Positions 54,950 through 64,000 of a stretch of 64,000 bases of DNA are shown one piece after another (within the stretch, counting starts at the first letter, position 1; every line of letters begins with the position of its first letter). The translations under genes were made by a program, and so were the position numbers. The notes beneath the pieces are model-generated. The model was not told the DNA's origin. It did not search any database and was given only the letters and a program-made list of their open reading frames with translations. Source of the DNA: Auanema rhodensis. Its lineage: Eukaryota; Animalia; Nematoda. Where the stretch lies: positions 11,904,001 to 11,968,000 of the forward strand of contig OZ059895.1 in NCBI GenBank assembly GCA_964057225.1, given 5' to 3'.

Positions 54950-56955
54950 TTTCAAATTTTTTTAACGATCATACCACGTTGAAAGTACGCCATGCAGCTG
55001 ATTTTCAATTTTATCTCTTCCGTAACAAAAGTTTTCAATTTTCCAGCAGTTTTACTTAGATAGCTCAACCCAAGGCATTAAAATATCTTCAATCTTATTT
55101 CTATATTACAGTTATAAACCAGTAGTTTATGAACCTTCATCTTAACTTTACTGTTTCTATCTATTTCCTATTGAAACGAACATTGTTTAAACACTATACA
55201 ACTGTGAAACCTTTTTTAATTTATTGTATTTGGATCTCATAAGATTTGATATCATCGAGGGATTTAGATGTTACGTAGAAAATTACATAACTAACATGAA
55301 ATTGGAAAAAAAACAATAACGAGGATAAGTATGTAGATCATTGAATATCAGATATTTTCGCTTACGACCATACCACGTTGAAAGTACGCCATGCAGCTGA
55401 TTTTCAATTTTATCTCTTCCGTAACAAAAGTTTTCAATTTTCCAGCAGTTTTACTTTGATAGCTCAACCCAAGGCATTAAAATATCTTCAATCTTATTTC
55501 TATATTACAGTTATAAACCAGTAGTTTATGAACCTTAATCTTAACTTTACTGTTTCTATCTATTTCCTATTAAAACAAACGTTGTTTAAACACTATACAA
55601 CTGTGAAACCTTTTTTAATTTATTGTATTTGGAGCTCATAAGATTCAATATTATCGAGGGATTTAGATGTAACGTGGAAAATTACATAACTAACATGAAA
55701 TTGGAAAAAAAACAATAACGAGGATAAATATGTAAATCATTGAAAATCAGATATTTCCGCTTACGACCATACCACGTTGAAAGTACGCCATGCAGCTGAT
55801 TTTCAATTTTATCTCTTCCGTAACAAAAGTTTTCAATTTTCCAGCAGTTTTACTTAGATAGCTCAACCCAAGGCATTAAAATATCTTCAATCTTATTTCT
55901 ATATTACAGTTATAAACCAGTAGTTTATGAACCTTCATCTTAACTTTACTGTTTCTATCTATTTCCTATTGAAACGAACATTGTTTAAACACTATACAAC
56001 TGTGAAACCTTTTTTAATTTATTGTATTTGGATCTCATAAGATTTGATATCATCGAGGGATTTAGATGTTACGTAGAAAATTACATAACTAACATGAAAT
56101 TGGAAAAAAAACAATAACGAGGATAAGTATGTAGATCATTGAATATCAGATATTTTCGCTTACGACCATACCACGTTGAAAGTACGCCATGCAGCTGATT
56201 TTCAATTTTATCTCTTCCGTAACAAAAGTTTTCAATTTTCCAGCAGTTTTACTTTGATAGCTCAACCCAAGGCATTAAAATATCTTCAATCTTATTTCTA
56301 TATTACAGTTATAAACCAGTAGTTTATGAACCTTAATCTTAACTTTACTGTTTCTATCTATTTCCTATTAAAACAAACGTTGTTTAAACACTATACAACT
56401 GTGAAACCTTTTTTAATTTATTGTATTTGGAGCTCATAAGATTCAATATTATCGAGGGATTTAGATGTAACGTGGAAAATTACATAACTAACATGAAATT
56501 GGAAAAAAAACAATAACGAGGATAAATATGTAAATCATTGAATATCAGATATTTCCGCTTACGACCATACCACGTTGAAAGTACGCCATGCAGCTGATTT
56601 TCAATTTTATCTCTTCCGTAACAAAAGTTTTCAATTTTCCAGCAGTTTTACTTAGATAGCTCAACCCAAGGCATTAAAATATCTTCAATCTTATTTTTTT
56701 ATTACAGTTATAAACCAGTAGTTTATGAACCTTCATCTTAACTTTAATGTTTCTATCTATTTCCTATTTAAACAAACATTGTTTAAACACTATACAACTG
56801 TGAAACCTTTTTTAATTTATTGTATTTGGATCTCATAAGATTTGATATCATCGAGGGATTTAGATGTTACGTAGAAAATTACATAACTAACATGAAATTG
56901 GAAAAAAAACAATAACGAGGATAAGTATGTAGATCATTGAATATCAGATATTTTC

Positions 56956-57074
56956 GCTTACGACCATACCACGTTGAAAGTACGCCATCCCGTCCGATCT
57001 GGCAAGTCAAACAACGTTGGGCCCGGTTAGTACTTGGATCGGAGACGGCTTCTGAATCCCGGGTGCCGTAAGCA
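56956..57074 (+). rRNA. 5S rRNA: 5S rRNA variant class
   Basis: Full-length 5S with variant-class substitutions. Confidence 0.8.
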
Positions 57075-57883
57075 TTTCAAATTTTTTTAACGATCATACC
57101 ACGTTGAAAGTACGCCATGCAGCTGATTTTCAATTTTATTTCTTCCGTAACAAAAGTTTTCAATTTTCCAGCAGTTTTACTTAGATAGCTCAACCCAAGG
57201 CATTAAAATATCTTCAATCTTATTTCTATATTACAGTTATAAACCAGTAGTTTATGAACCTTCATCTTAACTTTACTGTTTCTTTCTATTTCCTATTGAA
57301 ACAAACATTGTTTAAACACTATACAACTGTGAAACCTTTTTTAATTTATTGTATTTGGATCTCATAAGATTTGATATCATCGAGGGATTTAGATGTTACG
57401 TAGAAAATTACATAACTAACATGAAATTGGAAAAAAAACAATAACGAGGATAAGTATGTAGATCACAGAATATCAGATATTTTCGCTTACGACCATACCA
57501 CGTAGAAAGTACGCCATGCAGCTGATTTTCAATTTTATCTCTTCCGTAACAAAAGTTTTCAATTTTCCAGCAGTTTTACTTAGATAGCTCAACCCAAGGC
57601 ATTAAAATATCTTCAATCTTATTTCTATATTACAGTTATAAACCAGTAGTTTATGAACCTTCATCTTAACTTTACTGTTTCTATCTATTTCCTATTGAAA
57701 CAAACATTGTTTAAACACTATACAAGTGTGAAACCTTTTTTAATTTATTGTATTTGGATGTCATAAGATTTGATATCATCGAGGGATTTAGATGTTACGT
57801 AGAAAATTACATAACTAACATGAAATTGGAAAAAAAACAATAACGAGGATAAGTATGTAGATCATTGAATATCAGATATTTTC

Positions 57884-58002
57884 GCTTACGACCATACCAC
57901 GTTGAAAGTACGCCATCCCGTCCGATCTGGCAAGTCAAACAACGTTGGGCCCGGTTAGTACTTGGATCGGAGACGGCTTCTGAATCCCGGGTGCCGTAAG
58001 CA
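57884..58002 (+). rRNA. 5S rRNA: 5S rRNA variant class
   Basis: Full-length 5S with variant-class substitutions. Confidence 0.8.
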
Positions 58003-59210
58003 TTTCAAATTTTTTTAACGATCATACCACGTTGAAAGTACGCCATGCAGCTGATTTTCAATTTTATCTCTTCCGTAACAAAAGTTTTCAATTTTCCAGC
58101 AGTTTTACTTAGATAGCTCAACCCAAGGCATTAAAATATCTTCAATCTTATTTCTATATTACAGTTATAAACCAGTAGTTTATGAACCTTCATCTTAACT
58201 TTACTGTTTCTATCTATTTCCTATTGAAACGAACATTGTTTAAACACTATACAACTGTGAAACCTTTTTTAATTTATTGTATTTGGATCTCATAAGATTT
58301 GATATCATCGAGGGATTTAGATGTTACGTAGAAAATTACATAACTAACATGAAATTGGAAAAAAAACAATAACGAGGATAAGTATGTAGATCATTGAATA
58401 TCAGATATTTTCGCTTACGACCATACCACGTTGAAAGTACGCCATGCAGCTGATTTTCAATTTTATCTCTTCCGTAACAAAAGTTTTCAATTTTCCAGCA
58501 GTTTTACTTTGATAGCTCAACCCAAGGCATTAAAATATCTTCAATCTTATTTCTATATTACAGTTATAAACCAGTAGTTTATGAACCTTAATCTTAACTT
58601 TACTGTTTCTATCTATTTCCTATTAAAACAAACGTTGTTTAAACACTATACAACTGTGAAACCTTTTTTAATTTATTGTATTTGGAGCTCATAAGATTCA
58701 ATATTATCGAGGGATTTAGATGTAACGTGGAAAATTACATAACTAACATGAAATTGGAAAAAAAACAATAACGAGGATAAATATGTAAATCATTGAATAT
58801 CAGATATTTCCGCTTACGACCATACCACGTTGAAAGTACGCCATGCAGCTGATTTTCAATTTTATCTCTTCCGTAACAAAAGTTTTCAATTTTCCAGCAG
58901 TTTTACTTAGATAGCTCAACCCAAGGCATTAAAATATCTTCAATCTTATTTCTATATTACAGTTATAAACCAGTAGTTTATGAACCTTCATCTTAACTTT
59001 AATGTTTCTATCTATTTCCTATTGAAACAAACATTGTTTAAACACTATACAACTGTGAAACCTTTTTTAATTTATTGTATTTGGATCTCATAAGATTTGA
59101 TATCATCGAGGGATTTAGATGTTACGTAGAAAATTACATAACTAACATGAAATTGGAAAAAAAACAATAACGAGGATAAGTATGTAGATCATTGAATATC
59201 AGATATTTTC

Positions 59211-59329
59211 GCTTACGACCATACCACGTTGAAAGTACGCCATCCCGTCCGATCTGGCAAGTCAAACAACGTTGGGCCCGGTTAGTACTTGGATCGGAGA
59301 CGGCTTCTGAATCCCGGGTGCCGTAAGCA
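59211..59329 (+). rRNA. 5S rRNA: 5S rRNA variant class
   Basis: Full-length 5S with variant-class substitutions. Confidence 0.8.
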
Positions 59330-60936
59330 TTTCAAATTTTTTTAACGATCATACCACGTTGAAAGTACGCCATGCAGCTGATTTTCAATTTTATTTCTTC
59401 CGTAACAAAAGTTTTCAATTTTCCAGCAGTTTTACTTAGATAGCTCAACCCAAGGCATTAAAATATCTTCAATCTTATTTCTATATTACAGTTATAAACC
59501 AGTAGTTTATGAACCTTCATCTTAACTTTACTGTTTCTTTCTATTTCCTATTGAAACAAACATTGTTTAAACACTATACAACTGTGAAACCTTTTTTAAT
59601 TTATTGTATTTGGATCTCATAAGATTTGATATCATCGAGGGATTTAGATGTTACGTAGAAAATTACATAACTAACATGAAATTGGAAAAAAAACAATAAC
59701 GAGGATAAGTATGTAGATCACTGAATATCAGATATTTTCGCTTACGACCATACCACGTTGAAAGTACGCCATGCAGCTGATTTTCAATTTTATCTCTTCC
59801 GTAACAAAAGTTTTCAATTTTCCAGCAGTTTTACTTAGATAGCTCAACCCAAGGCATTAAAATATCTTCAATCTTATTTCTATATTACAGTTATAAACCA
59901 GTAGTTTATGAACCTTCATCTTAACTTTACTGTTTCTATCTATTTCCTATTGAAACGAACATTGTTTAAACACTATACAACTGTGAAACCTTTTTTAATT
60001 TATTGTATTTGGATCTCATAAGATTTGATATCATCGAGGGATTTAGATGTTACGTAGAAAATTACATAACTAACATGAAATTGGAAAAAAAACAATAACG
60101 AGGATAAGTATGTAGATCATTGAATATCAGATATTTTCGCTTACGACCATACCACGTTGAAAGTACGCCATGCAGCTGATTTTCAATTTTATCTCTTCCG
60201 TAACAAAAGTTTTCAATTTTCCAGCAGTTTTACTTTGATAGCTCAACCCAAGGCATTAAAATATCTTCAATCTTATTTCTATATTACAGTTATAAACCAG
60301 TAGTTTATGAACCTTAATCTTAACTTTACTGTTTCTATCTATTTCCTATTAAAACAAACGTTGTTTAAACACTATACAACTGTGAAACCTTTTTTAATTT
60401 ATTGTATTTGGAGCTCATAAGATTCAATATTATCGAGGGATTTAGATGTAACGTGGAAAATTACATAACTAACATGAAATTGGAAAAAAAACAATAACGA
60501 GGATAAATATGTAAATCATTGAATATCAGATATTTCCGCTTACGACCATACCACGTTGAAAGTACGCCATGCAGCTGATTTTCAATTTTATCTCTTCCGT
60601 AACAAAAGTTTTCAATTTTCCAGCAGTTTTACTTAGATAGCTCAACCCAAGGCATTAAAATATCTTCAATCTTATTTCTATATTACAGTTATAAACCAGT
60701 AGTTTATGAACCTTCATCTTAACTTTAATGTTTCTATCTATTTCCTATTGAAACAAACATTGTTTAAACACTATACAACTGTGAAACCTTTTTTAATTTA
60801 TTGTATTTGGATCTCATAAGATTTGATATCATCGAGGGATTTAGATGTTACGTAGAAAATTACATAACTAACATGAAATTGGAAAAAAAACAATAACGAG
60901 GATAAGTATGTAGATCATTGAATATCAGATATTTTC

Positions 60937-61055
60937 GCTTACGACCATACCACGTTGAAAGTACGCCATCCCGTCCGATCTGGCAAGTCAAACAACGTTG
61001 GGCCCGGTTAGTACTTGGATCGGAGACGGCTTCTGAATCCCGGGTGCCGTAAGCA
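60937..61055 (+). rRNA. 5S rRNA: 5S rRNA variant class
   Basis: Full-length 5S with variant-class substitutions. Confidence 0.8.
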
Positions 61056-62263
61056 TTTCAAATTTTTTTAACGATCATACCACGTTGAAAGTACGCCATG
61101 CAGCTGATTTTCAATTTTATTTCTTCCGTAACAAAAGTTTTCAATTTTCCAGCAGTTTTACTTAGATAGCTCAACCCAAGGCATTAAAATATCTTCAATC
61201 TTATTTCTATATTACAGTTATAAACCAGTAGTTTATGAACCTTCATCTTAACTTTACTGTTTCTTTCTATTTCCTATTGAAACAAACATTGTTTAAACAC
61301 TATACAACTGTGAAACCTTTTTTAATTTATTGTATTTGGATCTCATAAGATTTGATATCATCGAGGGATTTAGATGTTACGTAGAAAATTACATAACTAA
61401 CATGAAATTGGAAAAAAAACAATAACGAGGATAAGTATGTAGATCACTGAATATCAGATATTTTCGCTTACGACCATACCACGTTGAAAGTACGCCATGC
61501 AGCTGATTTTCAATTTTATCTCTTCCGTAACAAAAGTTTTCAATTTTCCAGCAGTTTTACTTAGATAGCTCAACCCAAGGCATTAAAATATCTTCAATCT
61601 TATTTCTATATTACAGTTATAAACCAGTAGTTTATGAACCTTCATCTTAACTTTACTGTTCCTATCTATTTCCTATTGAAACGAACATTGTTTAAACACT
61701 ATACAACTGTGAAACCTTTTTTAATTTATTGTATTTGGATCTCATAAGATTTGATATCATCGAGGGATTTAGATGTTACGTAGAAAATTACATAACTAAC
61801 ATGAAATTGGAAAAAAAACAATAACGAGGATAAGTATGTAGATCATTGAATATCAGATATTTTCGCTTACGACCATACCACGTTGAAAGTACGCCATGCA
61901 GCTGATTTTCAATTTTATCTCTTCCGTAACAAATGTTTTCATTTTTCCAGCAGTTTTACTTAGATAGCTCAACCCAAGGCATTAAAATATCTTCAATCTT
62001 ATTTCTATATTACAGTTATAAACCAGTAGTTTATGAACCTTCATCTTAACTTTACTGTTTCTATCTATTTCCTATTGAAACGAACATTGTTTAAACACTA
62101 TACAACTGTGAAACCTTTTTTAATTTATTGTATTTGGATCTCATAAGATTTGATATCATCGAGGGATTTAGATGTTACGTAGAAAATTACATAACTAACA
62201 TGAAATTGGAAAAAAAACAATAACGAGGATAAGTATGTAAATCATTGAATATCAGATATTTCC

Positions 62264-62382
62264 GCTTACGACCATACCACGTTGAAAGTACGCCATCCCG
62301 TCCGATCTGGCAAGTCAAACAACGTTGGGCCCGGTTAGTACTTGAATCGGAGACGGCTTCTGAATCCCGGGTGCCGTAAGCA
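62264..62382 (+). rRNA. 5S rRNA: 5S rRNA variant class
   Basis: Variant-class substitutions plus G82A. Confidence 0.8.
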
Positions 62383-63191
62383 TTTCAAATTTTTTTAACG
62401 ATCATACCACGTTGAAAGTACGCCATGCAGCTGATTTTCAATTTTATCTCTTCCGTAACAAATGTTTTCAATTTTCCAGCAGTTTTACTTAGATAGCTCA
62501 ACCCAAGGCATTAAAATATCTTCAATCTTATTTCTATATTACAGTTATAAACCAGTAGTTTATGAACTTTCATCTTAACTTTACTGTTTCTATCTATTTC
62601 CTATTGAAACGAAGATTGTTTAAACACTATACAACTGTGAAACCTTTTTTAATTTATTGTATTTGGATCTCATAAGATTTGATATCATCGAGGGATTTAG
62701 ATGTTACGTAGAAAATTACATAACTAACATGAAATTGGAAAAAAAACAATAACGAGGATAAGTATGTAGATCATTGAATATCAGATATTTTCGCTTACGA
62801 CCATACCACGTTGAAAGTACGCCATGCAGCTGATTTTCAATTTTATCTCTTCCGTAACAAAAGTTTTCAATTTTCCAGCAGTTTTACTTTGATAGCTCAA
62901 CCCAAGGCATTAAAATATCTTCAATCTTATTTCTATATTACAGTTATAAACCAGTAGTTTATGAACCTTAATCTTAACTTTACTGTTTCTATCTATTTCC
63001 TATTAAAACAAACGTTGTTTAAACACTATACAACTGTGAAACCTTTTTTAATTTATTGTATTTGGAGCTCATAAGATTCAATATCATCGAGGGATTTAGA
63101 TGTAACGTGGAAAATTACATAACTAACATGAAATTGGAAAAAAAACAATAACGAGGATAAGTATGTAAATCATTGAATATCAGATATTTCC

Positions 63192-63310
63192 GCTTACGAC
63201 CATACCACGTTGAAAGTACGCCATCCCGTCCGATCTGGCAAGTCAAACAACGTTGGGCCCGGTTAGTACTTGGATCGGAGACGGCTTCTGAATCCCGGGT
63301 GCCGTAAGCA
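63192..63310 (+). rRNA. 5S rRNA: 5S rRNA variant class
   Basis: Full-length 5S with variant-class substitutions. Confidence 0.8.
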
Positions 63311-64000
63311 TTTCAAATTTTTTTAACGATCATACCACGTTGAAAGTACGCCATGCAGCTGATTTTCAATTTTATCTCTTCCGTAACAAAAGTTTTCAAT
63401 TTTCCAGCAGTTTTACTTAGATAGCTCAACCCAAGGCATTAAAATATCTTCAATCTTATTTCTATATTACAGTTATAAACCAGTAGTTTATGAACCTTCA
63501 TCTTAACTTTACTGTTTCTATCTATTTCCTATTGAAACGAACATTGTTTAAACACTATACAACTGTGAAACCTTTTTTAATTTATTGTATTTGGATCTCA
63601 TAAGATTTGATATCATCGAGGGATTTAGATGTTACGTAGAAAATTACATAACTAACATGAAATTGGAAAAAAAACAATAACGAGGATAAGTATGTAGATC
63701 ATTGAATATCAGATATTTTCGCTTACGACCATACCACGTTGAAAGTACGCCATGCAGCTGATTTTCAATTTTATCTCTTCCGTAACAAAAGTTTTCAATT
63801 TTCCAGCAGTTTTACTTAGATAGCTCAACCCAAGGCATTAAAATATCTTCAATCTTATTTCTATATTACAGTTATAAACCAGTAGTTTATGAACCTTAAT
63901 CTTAACTTTACTGTTTCTATCTATTTCCTATTAAAACAAACGTTGTTTAAACACTATACAACTGTGAAACCTTTTTTAATTTATTGTATTTGGAGCTCAT

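Larger units (their letters stand above)
34948..64000 (+). repeat. 5S rDNA-derived tandem array, right arm
   Basis: Same monomers and orientation as the left arm. It resumes exactly at the second TSD copy. Confidence 0.97.

Noticed and set aside
1-64000. CRISPR-like array (33-nt repeat recurring regularly)
   Set aside because: The spacers are ~366 bp and near-identical, there are no cas genes, and the repeat is the 5S 5' end.

Overview
This is eukaryotic DNA, most likely nematode: the 5S sequence is nematode-like and the introns are about 40-50 nt with TTTCAG/TTTTAG acceptors. About 94% of the window is one head-to-tail, + strand array derived from 5S rDNA. The array has roughly 140 copies of a ~366-bp AT-rich spacer. 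Most spacers are preceded only by the first 33 nt of 5S (399-bp monomer). At 39 places a full 119-nt 5S sequence is present (529/530-bp unit). The full copies fall into a canonical class (14, concentrated at 29.5-45.7 kb) and a variant class with promoter/structure substitutions (25). One canonical 5S gene is interrupted by a 3,496-bp Mutator-like (MULE/MuDR) DNA transposon at 31452-34947, with 152-bp TIRs and a perfect 9-bp TSD (GACCATACC, 5S nt 7-15). Manual splicing of 16 GT-AG introns (39-52 nt) gives one uninterrupted ~746-aa ORF with the D-D-CxxH-E MULE signature and a SWIM-like zinc finger. The element therefore looks intact, autonomous and recent. All coordinates and counts were made by eye.
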